A stretch of DNA of 60,902 bases, filler included. It is 4 parts of 4 records of this genome, joined end to end, with 100 filler letters (N's around TTAATTAATTAA, not from the genome) between each part and the next. Parts side by side here need not be neighbours in the genome. Positions count along the whole stretch, not along the records: positions 12,783 to 40,911 come from DRR378314_2703; positions 41,012 to 53,564 come from DRR378314_2707; 2 more parts are not named here. One strand, written 5' to 3'. A program made the position numbers and the translations under genes. A model generated the notes under the pieces. It ran no database searches. It was not told where the DNA came from and worked only from the letters and a program-made list of their open reading frames with translations. Of the stretch, positions 31,399-41,395 are shown piece after piece. Numbering within the stretch: position 1 is the first letter of the stretch; every line of letters starts with the position of its first letter.

Positions 31399-33079
31399 AC
31401 ATCATGTACCTGAGGAATTACAGGCCGAAATTCAGGCTATCAGGCATACGTACAAGAGCCGCCTGGGAAACGATAAAACCAAGTTAAATTCACTTTTAGA
31501 AGATTTAGGCCCAAACAACGTAAAACAAACCGTTGAAGCAATGCACCCTATTTTACATTCAATTAGTGGGTCTGCTGGTACTTTCGGTTTTACTAAAATC
31601 AGTTCAGAGGCACGCCGGGTTGACGAAATATTGAAGAGTATTACAAGCCAAACGACGGGGAAGAACACTGATACTTTCATAGAGTTAATTAACAGTGAAG
31701 TGCTGAGTTTTTGCCAACGGTTAGATACAGCTAAAGTAATTGACCAGCATTCCCCCGCTGCATCATCAAAAGACAGCAAGAAAGGTAGTTCCGCCCCAAA
31801 TAAGATGTCTAACGTTGAACATGAAGGAGAAATTTGGCTAATTGAAGAAGACCAATACTTAGCAGAACAATTCACCAAACAGCTTGTGAATTTTAACTTT
31901 AAAATTCAGGTGCTTGGACTAAAAAAAGCTCTCGGTACAGCGAAAACCCAAGGGTGGCCGGATGCTACCATTATCGATATGGATGGAGCTGAGTATAAAG
32001 CGATTGCCAATATTAATGTTCTTTTTAGCGAAATGGAGAACTCTCCAACCAGACTCATTATGCTGTCCGAAAATGATAACTTTGAGCAGCGAATGAACGC
32101 CGCAAAAGCTCGGGCGCTAAGCTTTTTGAAAAAACCGGTCAGTTTGTCAGAATTACTTGATCATTTAGAGAGCGTATTCAGAAAAGAACAAGCAGAGCCT
32201 CCACGAGTCATGCTAATTGATGATGACAAAGAGTTGTGTTCATTATTAAAAGTAGAATTAGAGTCTAAGGGAATGCTCGTTAATATTCTCTTTAAAATTG
32301 AAAATATTATATCAGAGTTGACTGAATTCAGACCTGAATTGCTATTACTTGATATGGAAATGCCGGATTACTCCGGGATAGACATTGCGTTATTGGTTCG
32401 ACAGCATGCGCAATTTGAGAGCCTTCCTATCGTCTATCTATCGGCAGAACAAAATCAGGAGAAGCAAGCTGAAGCGTTACTGTTCGACGCTGATGACTTT
32501 CTGGTTAAACCTATTTCAAATGAGCGCCTGACGTCCTCAATCCGCTCCAGAGTTCAACGAGCACGAGTTTTAGAACAGTTAATTAGCAAAGACAGTTTAA
32601 CAGGCCTGTTGAAACATGCTGCAATTAAGGAGCAGGCTGAAAGAGAAGTTAAACGGGCACAACGGGAACATATTGCCGTGTCAATTGTGATGCTGGATAT
32701 TGATCACTTCAAGCGAGTTAACGATACATACGGCCACGCTACCGGAGATACGGTGATTACTTCGCTGGCAACCTTACTACGCCATCGACTTCGGCAAACA
32801 GATATTATTGGCCGGTATGGCGGAGAAGAATTTATGCTTATTTTGCCAAATACCCCCGAAAACAATGCATTTCAGGTAGTAGACGCAATAAGAAAAGCAT
32901 TCAGCGAAATGGAATTCACCTCAGATAAAGAAGCTTTTTATTGCACACTCTCAGCAGGCTGTGTTTGCACAACAGACTTCCCGGCTACTACAGATGCTGC
33001 CGATTTAACCGAGGCCGCAGACAAAGCACTTTATGCCAGTAAAGGTGATGGCCGTAACCGAGTAAGCCGAAAACAGTAG
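31391..33079 (+). CDS. Hpt-REC-REC-GGDEF diguanylate cyclase
   Basis: LHSISGSAGTFG, two REC domains, DIDHFKRVNDTYGH, RQTD I-site, GGEEF. Confidence 0.93.
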   Translation: MAKHHVPEELQAEIQAIRHTYKSRLGNDKTKLNSLLEDLGPNNVKQTVEAMHPILHSISGSAGTFGFTKISSEARRVDEILKSITSQTTGKNTDTFIELINSEVLSFCQRLDTAKVIDQHSPAASSKDSKKGSSAPNKMSNVEHEGEIWLIEEDQYLAEQFTKQLVNFNFKIQVLGLKKALGTAKTQGWPDATIIDMDGAEYKAIANINVLFSEMENSPTRLIMLSENDNFEQRMNAAKARALSFLKKPVSLSELLDHLESVFRKEQAEPPRVMLIDDDKELCSLLKVELESKGMLVNILFKIENIISELTEFRPELLLLDMEMPDYSGIDIALLVRQHAQFESLPIVYLSAEQNQEKQAEALLFDADDFLVKPISNERLTSSIRSRVQRARVLEQLISKDSLTGLLKHAAIKEQAEREVKRAQREHIAVSIVMLDIDHFKRVNDTYGHATGDTVITSLATLLRHRLRQTDIIGRYGGEEFMLILPNTPENNAFQVVDAIRKAFSEMEFTSDKEAFYCTLSAGCVCTTDFPATTDAADLTEAADKALYASKGDGRNRVSRKQ

Positions 33080-33111
33080 CAACTGTGCCAGTTAAATTTA
33101 GTTGGGCTTTT

Positions 33112-33136
33112 AACCTGACGCCTGAGGCGTCAGGTT
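33112..33136. terminator. Perfect hairpin between convergent genes (terminator or REP-like)
   Basis: AACCTGACGCC-TGA-GGCGTCAGGTT. Confidence 0.5.
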
Positions 33137-33159
33137 CCCGGTATCACGAGTGCAGAAGC

Positions 33160-34377
33160 TCACAAAAGATTAAACGGGTCATCCACTGAACGCGATGGCT
33201 CGGTAAACCAAAAAGCCCCCTCTTCGCTCATATAAAAGTGGTCTTCCAGGCGCACGCCGAACTTTTCCGGGTTAATTACCATAGGTTCATTACTGAAGCA
33301 CATTCCCGGTGCCAATTCGGACTTGTCCCCACCGACTAAATACGGCCATTCATGCAAGTCCATGCCTATACCATGGCCTGTTCTGTGCGGTACGCCGGGC
33401 AATTGATAGTCGGCTTTTAAGCCTAGCTCACTCAATTTAACCCGAACTGCATCATCAACTGATTCACAAGTTTTACCTATATGCGCAGCATCAAAAGCAG
33501 CCTGCTGCAAGTCTCGTTCGTACTGCCAGAACGTCTGTTGCTCTTCAGTTGCGTTGCCAAAGGGGTACGTACGAGTAATATCGGAGTGATACCCGTGCAG
33601 CTTGCAACCTGTATCAATAAGTACCCAGTCGTCTTTTTCTAACCTCTGCTCGTAATTAACGCCGTGCGGGTAGCTGGTGCCTTTACCAAATAACACAATA
33701 CAGAAAAACGAACCGGAGGCTCCCACCTTACGGTGTGCTTCATTAATAAAAGCTCTGACTTCAGAAGCGGTTACGCCCTCGTGCAGCATGGCGCCAGTGG
33801 CTCTATGCACGGCCATGGTCATATCCATTGCCGCCTGAATTAACGCTAGCTCTGCGGGCGACTTATGCATACGACAGGCAGCGGTAATGACTTTTGCGTC
33901 ACACATTGTTTCAGCTGGCTTACGCTCTTCCAGCTTTGACACAACGCTGTATGGTGTTGACTCATCCAGCGCCAATTTATAGCCATCAGAAAAATGCTCA
34001 GCTAAAAAGTCCAGCAACCGTTCATAAGGTGATTCATGTTCGTCCCACAAAACGGTATCCATAGGCAGTATCATTGCCTGGGTTAATGAACCGACTTCAA
34101 ACGCGGGCGCTATTAAGGTGACATTTCCCTTAACCGGGATAACGGCGCCGACCAAACGCTCACTGGGGTACCACTTTAAGCCCGTGAAATACTCCAGGTT
34201 AGTACCTGCGTTTAAATACATAGCGCTAATGCCTTTTTCCTGCATCAATTGCTGTGCCTTAGCAACGCGCTGCTGATACTCTTCCAGAGTAATAGGCTTA
34301 ACACCTTCAGTCATATCTTCCAATGCACTGAGGGCTTCCTCAGCCCGCGCAATCCCCACGCCATGGGTCATAAACAT
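33160..34377 (-). CDS. Xaa-Pro peptidase (M24 family)
   Basis: IDTGC..GYHSDITRT, HRTGHGIG..LHE, SNEP, GVRLED. Confidence 0.92.
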   Translation of the reverse strand: MFMTHGVGIARAEEALSALEDMTEGVKPITLEEYQQRVAKAQQLMQEKGISAMYLNAGTNLEYFTGLKWYPSERLVGAVIPVKGNVTLIAPAFEVGSLTQAMILPMDTVLWDEHESPYERLLDFLAEHFSDGYKLALDESTPYSVVSKLEERKPAETMCDAKVITAACRMHKSPAELALIQAAMDMTMAVHRATGAMLHEGVTASEVRAFINEAHRKVGASGSFFCIVLFGKGTSYPHGVNYEQRLEKDDWVLIDTGCKLHGYHSDITRTYPFGNATEEQQTFWQYERDLQQAAFDAAHIGKTCESVDDAVRVKLSELGLKADYQLPGVPHRTGHGIGMDLHEWPYLVGGDKSELAPGMCFSNEPMVINPEKFGVRLEDHFYMSEEGAFWFTEPSRSVDDPFNLL

Positions 34378-34422
34378 TCCTCTTAATTAATTAAACATCT
34401 CACCTGATGCAACAGCATCAGA

Positions 34423-36015
34423 CTACATCAAATACGTTCTGATTTCTTTCAGTCGTGCAATGTAATCCTGACTAAAGACATTCTCCGCACGTTCAATATA
34501 AGCCTCTAAGTCAACGTACTTCAGCGCATTTTTAAAATAGAATCTATCGGCAAAGGGCTGCATTTTTTCCGTTTCAAAAATAGCCTTTATCTGCCCGAAG
34601 TACCTTTCAATATCATTAACCATAGACACCATATGCCAGTCGCTACCGTACATCATTTTATCGGCAAGTTTAAAAGGTTTGTCGGTAGTGGCTTCGCGCG
34701 TTAGCTCTATCTCAAGTCGTTTAGCCAGGCTTGCCTGCGCTTTCTTGCTTCCGACAATTTCGTGCAGGTAGGACAAATCACAATAGACATGCTGGTAGCG
34801 CCGACACAGCTCAACAACTTTGCGAGCGTAGTTATTTGGGTCATTCCATTCGTCTTCCGTATCCGACAGCCACCCTTTAACCCAGCGTCCGTTCATTTTC
34901 CGCTTTCCACCACCAGCATGGCCAAAGCATAATCTCATGGTTTCTCTCTGCTTATTCTTTGTCAGCGCCTGTTCCCAATAATCCGGGTCTGAATTCAGGC
35001 CCGAGCCTTTATAGGCTTGAAAGCCTTCCGGAGTGCAGTGAGTGAAAACAGGAATGGAATACTCCACACAAAAATCCAGAAAGTAATCGACAACTCGTTC
35101 CACGTTAGCTTCGTTGCCTGCAGGCTTGTAACCCATAGGAGGATAAAACTTGAACCCTGCCTTGCCATGTTCTAATGATCTTTCTATAGCATCACGAAGC
35201 ACGCGGTCAGAGGGAGATTGAGAGACAAAACGTAAGGGGTCAAAAGCAGAGAAGCCAAGGACTATTCCATCCGAAAAATTCTCCAGCGCTGTCATGCGCT
35301 CCAACTGCTGATAATAAAAATCGTATTTGGGCTTGTCGTCAAATGGGTAAGCCATATCCATCATGTAATGAAAAAGCACATAACGTTCTGAGAAGTTTTC
35401 GTAATAGCCTTTTAACCGCTTAAGTATCCCGACTTCACTGCGCAGCATATTCAAGACAAAATCTATTTTGTCCGCAGCGTCTTCCAGAAACTCCAGTGAC
35501 TTGCGCAGCATTCGCTCTATCATTTTGTGAATACCTGAGAACCAGCCCGATATTTTATCCTGAGCATGGGACTCTGCATTGAAAGTCCATTTTGTTTTTA
35601 TGTAATCTAACTCAAGTTCCTGAGCCGATTCACTGTCACCGTAATACTGGTGTATTTCCTTTAGGACCGAGTACAGCTCGCTGTTAATGAATTGCTCCTG
35701 ATAGGCTTCGGCTAACTCCGGGTCGCTATCGCCTTCTTCCAGTAACTCTTCTACCAAGTAATGCTCTATCTCAATACAAACCATATGGGCAAATTCGTTG
35801 CAGATTTTTTCAGTGGCACCTTTTTTCGTTACCACTGAAAACGATTCCAGCCGCTCTTTTAGTGTGGAACTGGCGGTTAGGGAATAGGCCAGTTTGCTAA
35901 TCAGCTTTGCCGGTATTTTCCAAATTCCCCAACTTTCAAGAATCCCCTGCAAAGGCACATAGCGAGCGTTAAAAAGGTGGGTATGGGCATCAACAACGAA
36001 AGGTAGTTTACTCAT
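34423..36015 (-). CDS. Amidohydrolase-superfamily (Amidohydro_2-like) protein
   Basis: DAHTH, GFKFYPPMGY, VFTHC, FGHAGG, YCDLSY, YGSDWH. Confidence 0.82.
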   Translation of the reverse strand: MSKLPFVVDAHTHLFNARYVPLQGILESWGIWKIPAKLISKLAYSLTASSTLKERLESFSVVTKKGATEKICNEFAHMVCIEIEHYLVEELLEEGDSDPELAEAYQEQFINSELYSVLKEIHQYYGDSESAQELELDYIKTKWTFNAESHAQDKISGWFSGIHKMIERMLRKSLEFLEDAADKIDFVLNMLRSEVGILKRLKGYYENFSERYVLFHYMMDMAYPFDDKPKYDFYYQQLERMTALENFSDGIVLGFSAFDPLRFVSQSPSDRVLRDAIERSLEHGKAGFKFYPPMGYKPAGNEANVERVVDYFLDFCVEYSIPVFTHCTPEGFQAYKGSGLNSDPDYWEQALTKNKQRETMRLCFGHAGGGKRKMNGRWVKGWLSDTEDEWNDPNNYARKVVELCRRYQHVYCDLSYLHEIVGSKKAQASLAKRLEIELTREATTDKPFKLADKMMYGSDWHMVSMVNDIERYFGQIKAIFETEKMQPFADRFYFKNALKYVDLEAYIERAENVFSQDYIARLKEIRTYLM

Positions 36016-36157
36016 GGCCGTATCCGTTTGAAGTAACCTGATTTTTCTAGGTTTTAGTTAAGTTAATAACTCGTAGAAGATCAACCGGACTCCCGATAAT
36101 TGGTAACTTTTCCTAATTTTTGGTCAGACACACAAAACCAAATAAAAACAAAAATAT

Positions 36158-36202
36158 TAAGCCATTGATTTCAAAATGATTTATTTCTGGCCTAAGAATT
36201 GC
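36158..36202 (+). promoter_or_regulatory. Putative sigma54 promoter with IHF site
   Basis: TGGCCTAAGAATTGC (GG-N10-GC) at 36188-36202; AATCAAtggcTTA on the minus strand at about 36158-36170. Confidence 0.62.
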
Positions 36203-36245
36203 TTTGTTGTCCATAATAAGAAGATAAGAACAACAAGGAAACATC

Positions 36246-36896
36246 ATGAGTGTAAAATTTGAAGACCGTCCACTGGAAAAAGTCCGCGAAGAGACGATTG
36301 ATCAGTTGGTAATGAACTACGGCCACGGTGAATTATCTGAAGAAGCTTTTGAACGCCGGCTTGATCAAGCCATGGATGCAACTGAACATAGCCAGCTTTC
36401 CGATTTGGTAGAAGACCTGGAGCTGAAGCCCGACACCTCATACGACAGCATGAAAGAGCAGAAATTCTCACCACATTATGGCGAAGGACGCATTCAACCA
36501 ACCGAAAAGGTGATATCCATACTGTCTTCTAATGAGCGCTGTGGCGTGTGGACAGTGCCGCGTGAAATCACCATCTACTCTCTGCTAGGGTCTGTAGAAC
36601 TGGACTTTACCGATGCCGTTTTTCAACACCCGGACGTCACTATCAAAATTATTGGCGGGCTTTCAAGTCTTGAAGTTTTTGTCCCTGAAGAAATTACCAT
36701 TAGCACCAACGTCTTTAGTGTTCTTGGCTCCACCGAAAATAAAGCGCCCTCAATGGGCAACCTGAAACAAGCTCCGCATATACGAATTGAAGGCTTCCAG
36801 TTGCTTGGCTCAGTTGAAGTGAAAGTCAAACGAACCATAAAAGAGAAGTTTGTAGCCTTTGCTAATAGCTTAAAGGGCACCTTTCAATCTCGGTGA
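36246..36896 (+). CDS. DUF1707 (SHOCT-like) + LiaF/DUF2154-like beta-domain protein
   Basis: YGHGELSEEAFERRLDQA; LLGSVELDFTDA...LEVFVPEE. Confidence 0.78.
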   Translation: MSVKFEDRPLEKVREETIDQLVMNYGHGELSEEAFERRLDQAMDATEHSQLSDLVEDLELKPDTSYDSMKEQKFSPHYGEGRIQPTEKVISILSSNERCGVWTVPREITIYSLLGSVELDFTDAVFQHPDVTIKIIGGLSSLEVFVPEEITISTNVFSVLGSTENKAPSMGNLKQAPHIRIEGFQLLGSVEVKVKRTIKEKFVAFANSLKGTFQSR

Positions 36897-36945
36897 AGTC
36901 AGAGTAAATTGAAGCTAACACTTAATGTAACAGGGAGTTAGCTCC

Positions 36946-37563
36946 ATGAAACTTTATGAAATGGCAAAAGCACCCAACCCTCGGCGGGTGCGGATGTTCC
37001 TTGCGGAAAAAGGATTACTGAATAAGGTCGAATGCATTGAAATTGACCTGGCAAAAGGTGAAAACTTAACACCAGAATTTGAACGCAAGAACCCGATGAA
37101 GAAAGTGCCGGTGCTGGAACTGGATAACGGTACCTGTATTGGCGAAACCATGGCTATTTGTCGATACTTTGAAGCCGCCTACCCGAACTCTGAAGCCTTA
37201 TTAGGCACTACCGCCGAAGAGCAAGCCATTGTCGAACAGTGGACGCGCTGGATAGACTTCTATTTATTTACTCCAATTGGTATGTGTTTTCAGCACACTA
37301 CCGACTACTTCAAACACCGGATGACACCGATTAAAGAGTGGGGTAAGGCGAATCACGCAGCAACTCTGACCTTTTTCGACTTTCTGGAAAAACACTTAGC
37401 CGACCACCAGTTTGTTGCACTTGAACGTTTCACGGCCGCCGATATTAATGCTTTCTGTACGGTCGATTTTGCCAAGGTGATTCAGCTGCGTGTCGATGAC
37501 CGCTGGCCTAATCTAAAAGCCTGGTACGAGCGTATGAAACAGCGCGACTCATCAAAGGTTTAA
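36946..37563 (+). CDS. Glutathione S-transferase
   Basis: APNPRRVRMFLAEKG, NPMKKVPVLELDNG, ETMAICRY. Confidence 0.92.
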   Translation: MKLYEMAKAPNPRRVRMFLAEKGLLNKVECIEIDLAKGENLTPEFERKNPMKKVPVLELDNGTCIGETMAICRYFEAAYPNSEALLGTTAEEQAIVEQWTRWIDFYLFTPIGMCFQHTTDYFKHRMTPIKEWGKANHAATLTFFDFLEKHLADHQFVALERFTAADINAFCTVDFAKVIQLRVDDRWPNLKAWYERMKQRDSSKV

Positions 37564-37572
37564 GGAATAAAC

Positions 37573-38238
37573 ATGATTGAACTCTACACCTCAGCAACCC
37601 CCAATGGTTATAAAGCCACGGTAACCTTAGAAGAAATGGGGCTGGACTATAACCTGCACCATGTGCAGTTGCAGGAAAATGAGCAAAAACGCCCGGAGTT
37701 TCTGAAAATGAACCCTAACGGTCGTATTCCGGTGATTGTCGATAAAAATAACGATGATTTCGCGGTGTTTGAGTCCGGTGCCATTATGCTGTATCTGGCT
37801 GAGACCTACGACAAGCTTAATCCTAAAGACCCGAAAGAACGTTCACGTATGATCCAGTGGCTGATGTTTCAGATGGGTGGCATTGGTCCTATGATGGGAC
37901 AAGCTAATGTCTTCTATCGGTATTTCCCGGAGAAGCTGCCCTCAGCCATTGAGCGCTATCAGAATGAAAGCCGTCGGCTGTTTGAAGTGCTGAACACACG
38001 GTTAGGCGAGTCTGAATACTTAGCAGGTGATAACTTCTCGTTAGCGGATATTGCCAACTGGTGTTGGGTGCGTACCCACGACTGGTCTGGTGTTAGCCTT
38101 GATGGCTTAGAAAACCTGAAGCGCTGGATGAACACCATCAGTGAGCGCCCAGCCTGCCAACGCGGCGTAACAAAGCCGGAGCGAATGGGCGATCCTGACG
38201 AACTGGTCAAGAGCGCCCAGAAAATGGTGCAGCGTTAA
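37573..38238 (+). CDS. Glutathione S-transferase, YfcG/YghU (Nu) class
   Basis: [30 protein letters not shown]. Confidence 0.92.
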   Translation: MIELYTSATPNGYKATVTLEEMGLDYNLHHVQLQENEQKRPEFLKMNPNGRIPVIVDKNNDDFAVFESGAIMLYLAETYDKLNPKDPKERSRMIQWLMFQMGGIGPMMGQANVFYRYFPEKLPSAIERYQNESRRLFEVLNTRLGESEYLAGDNFSLADIANWCWVRTHDWSGVSLDGLENLKRWMNTISERPACQRGVTKPERMGDPDELVKSAQKMVQR

Positions 38239-39827
38239 GCCGCAGCCAACTGCGCCAGATATTCATCGTAACTGCCGGCAAAGTCACGTAAGCCTTTGTC
38301 GGTAATTTCGATAATACGAGTAGCCAGAGTCGAGACGAACTCGCGGTCATGGCTGACAAACAACAAAGTGCCTTCAAACTGCTCCAGTGCCAGGTTCAGC
38401 GACTCTATCGATTCCATATCCAAATGGTTAGTCGGTTCGTCCATCACCAGAATATTCGGGCGCTGCAAAATCAGTTTACCGAAAATCATCCGGCCTTTTT
38501 CACCACCAGACAAAATCGATACCGGCTTTTGAATGTCATCAGAAGAGAACAGCATACGGCCCAACACCCCCCGAATAGCCTGCTCGTCGTCACCCGGTTT
38601 TTTCCACTGATACATCCACTCGTAAACGGTCATATCCTGTTTAAACCAGTGGGCGTGATCCTGCGCGTAGTAACCTATCGCCGCATTTTCAGACCACTTA
38701 ATGCTGCCTGAGTCTGGCGTGTATTCACCCATTAAGCATTTCAACAACGTGGTTTTACCGATACCGTTGGCACCAATAATGGCGACTTTTTCACCCACTT
38801 CTATCGAGGTACTCAAGCCTTTTAAGACCGCTTCGTCTTCGAAGCTCTTACGCACGTTCTCGGTTTCAAGCGCTAACCGGTAGAGTTTCTTTTCCTGAGT
38901 AAAACGAATGTACGGATTAACACGACTGGAGGCTTTAACCTCGTCCAGCTGAATTTTCTCCATTTGTTTCTGACGCGACGTTGCCTGTTTAGCTTTTGAC
39001 GCGTTCGCTGAGAAGCGGCTGACAAAGCTCTGCAGCTCGGCAATTTTCTCTTTTTTCTTGGCGTTATCGCTCATTAACTGCTCGCGCGCCTGAGTGGCGG
39101 CAAACATGTATTCGTCGTAATTACCCGGGTAAACACGCAGCTCACCATAGTCAATATCGGCCATATGCGTACAAACCGTGTTAAGAAAGTGACGGTCGTG
39201 CGAAATAATAATCATGGTACTTTGCTTTTCGGCTAATACGCCTTCCAGCCAGCGAATGGTGTTAATGTCGAGGTTGTTGGTCGGTTCGTCCAGCAACATA
39301 ATATCCGGCTCAGAAAACAGTACCTGCGCCAGTAACACCCGAATTTTTACACCCGGTGCCAGCGCAGACATCAGCCCAAAGTGCTGCTCTACCGGTATAC
39401 CCAGACCCAACAGCAATTCACCAGCGCGGGATTCGGCGGTATAACCATCCATTTCAGCAAACTCGGTCTCCAGGTCAGCCACACGCATGCCGTCTTCTTC
39501 GCTCATTTCGCCGCTGCTGTAAATGCGGTCCCGTTCTTCTTTTACCGCCCACAGCTCTTCGTGGCCCATAATAACGGCATCAACGACACTGTAGTCTTCG
39601 TAAGCAAATTGATCCTGACGCAACTTACCGATGCGAATATTGGGTTCCAGCGACACATTGCCAGCCGAAGGCTCCTGCTCACCACTTAATATACGCATAA
39701 AGGTCGACTTACCGCAGCCATTAGCGCCTATCAGGCCATAACGGTTACCATTGCCGAATTTAACAGAAATATTTTCAAAAAGAGGCTTTGCACCAAATTG
39801 CATGGTGATATTTGCAGCAGAAATCAC
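38235..39827 (-). CDS. ybiT: ABC-F family ATPase (YbiT-like)
   Basis: [23 protein letters not shown] linker, two ABC domains; GTG start. Confidence 0.88.
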   Translation of the reverse strand: MISAANITMQFGAKPLFENISVKFGNGNRYGLIGANGCGKSTFMRILSGEQEPSAGNVSLEPNIRIGKLRQDQFAYEDYSVVDAVIMGHEELWAVKEERDRIYSSGEMSEEDGMRVADLETEFAEMDGYTAESRAGELLLGLGIPVEQHFGLMSALAPGVKIRVLLAQVLFSEPDIMLLDEPTNNLDINTIRWLEGVLAEKQSTMIIISHDRHFLNTVCTHMADIDYGELRVYPGNYDEYMFAATQAREQLMSDNAKKKEKIAELQSFVSRFSANASKAKQATSRQKQMEKIQLDEVKASSRVNPYIRFTQEKKLYRLALETENVRKSFEDEAVLKGLSTSIEVGEKVAIIGANGIGKTTLLKCLMGEYTPDSGSIKWSENAAIGYYAQDHAHWFKQDMTVYEWMYQWKKPGDDEQAIRGVLGRMLFSSDDIQKPVSILSGGEKGRMIFGKLILQRPNILVMDEPTNHLDMESIESLNLALEQFEGTLLFVSHDREFVSTLATRIIEITDKGLRDFAGSYDEYLAQLAAA

Positions 39828-39928
39828 GTAGTCAACATCCAGGATCATAGGGTAAAAATTGAGCGCGCAATGTACGTGTTTTTCGCGTAAATTACAAAGA
39901 AAGATTCACTATAATAGGTAAATAGATT

Positions 39929-40816
39929 ATGCAAATGTCCTGGACAGACATCTCTTCTGGTTTAAATAGAATCTGGAATGTCGAGTTATGGAAAACCGGA
40001 GACGCGCAGATATACCTAAGCCAGGTCATTATTGCTATTACGCTGATTATTGTTGGCGTAATCGTCATACGCTGGATAGGCTCTAGTCTGGTTAAGCGTG
40101 CCTTAAAATCCGGCCACGCCTCTCAGAACACCATTTATGCTTTTCGTAAGTTATTCTCTTTTCTGGCTTATGTACTTATTGTGCTCATTGCCCTACCGGT
40201 CGCTGGCATCCCTATTACCATATTCGCGGTTCTGGGTGGTGCATTAGCCATTGGTGTCGGTTTTGGTGCCCAGAACCTGCTAAACAACCTTATTTCCGGC
40301 ATGATATTAATTGCCGAGCGCCCTATCCGCATTGGCGATATTGTAGAGCTGGAGAACGAACGCGGTCGTATTGAAGAAATTGGTAACCGCTGCGTTCGCA
40401 TCAAACGTTTCGACGGTGTGCATGTGCTGGTACCAAACAGCTACTTCCTGGAACAGCGTGTAGTGAACTGGACGCTGGTATCCACTGAAATACGCAGCAC
40501 AGTCACCGTGGGCGTTGCTTATGGCTCGCCGATAGACAGAGTCCGCGAATTGATGATGGAAGCCGCCAGTCAACACGAGAAAATCGTTCAACGCTTACCT
40601 TTTGAGGTTTTCTTCGATGACTTTGGTGATAACAGCCTGACGTTTAATTTGCTGTTCTGGACAGAAGTAGAAGCCCCTATGGATATTCGCCGGGTGCAGT
40701 CAGACATTCGCTTTAAGCTGGATAAGCTTTTCGCCGAGAACGATATTGTTATCGCCTTCCCTCAACGCGACGTGCATTTAGATACCCTGAAGCCGCTAGA
40801 GATAAAAATGACGTGA
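39929..40816 (+). CDS. MscS-family mechanosensitive channel
   Basis: GVGFGAQNLLNNLISG, RPIRIGD, VPNS, VGVAYGS, FPQRDVH. Confidence 0.92.
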   Translation: MQMSWTDISSGLNRIWNVELWKTGDAQIYLSQVIIAITLIIVGVIVIRWIGSSLVKRALKSGHASQNTIYAFRKLFSFLAYVLIVLIALPVAGIPITIFAVLGGALAIGVGFGAQNLLNNLISGMILIAERPIRIGDIVELENERGRIEEIGNRCVRIKRFDGVHVLVPNSYFLEQRVVNWTLVSTEIRSTVTVGVAYGSPIDRVRELMMEAASQHEKIVQRLPFEVFFDDFGDNSLTFNLLFWTEVEAPMDIRRVQSDIRFKLDKLFAENDIVIAFPQRDVHLDTLKPLEIKMT

Positions 40817-40889
40817 TGACGTTATTGCATCAGGAAGGATGGTAATAGCGGGCGCGCCCGACAGTTGCAGTGGACTATTGAGGAGGTGT

Positions 40890-40911
40890 GCAGCGCCATG
40901 GATGGCGCTGC
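40890..40911. repeat. Palindrome at the contig end, probably part of a dispersed repeat
   Basis: GCAGCGCCAT-GG-ATGGCGCTGC directly at the assembly break. Confidence 0.5.
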
Positions 40912-41011
40912 NNNNNNNNNNNNNNNNNNNNNNNNNNNNNNNNNNNNNNNNNNNNTTAATTAATTAANNNNNNNNNNNNNNNNNNNNNNNNNNNNNNNNN
41001 NNNNNNNNNNN
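40912..41011. other. Artificial contig linker
   Basis: N44-TTAATTAATTAA-N44. Confidence 0.99.
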
Positions 41012-41395
41012 GATGGAACCGGGACCGGCGATCAGCGGGATCGCCATGGGAAAGACCGAAGGGTCATCTTCCGGTGCGATCTCGTCGCCTTGATGCTGAC
41101 GACGTGCGGTTCGGCGCTCGAACAGCATGTCGAGAGCGGTCAGGAACAACAGGATACCCCCGGCGACCCGGAATGCAGCCATGGAGATGCCGATGAACCC
41201 GAGCACGCTTTCGCCAAAGAGCGCAAAAACCGCAAGAATGCCGATGCCCGTCACCGAGGCGCGGATGGCGATCGCCCGGCGCTGCTTTGAACTCATACCC
41301 TGGGTCAGGGCCAGGAACACCGGCATCAGACCGATCGGGTCGATGATGACGAAGAGCGTCACAAACGATGTGATGAGAAAAGCGGTATCGAGCAT
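41012..41395 (-). CDS. MarC family membrane protein (3' truncated)
   Basis: LFVIIDPIG, FRVAGGILLF, VFPMAIPLIAGPGSI. Confidence 0.92.
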
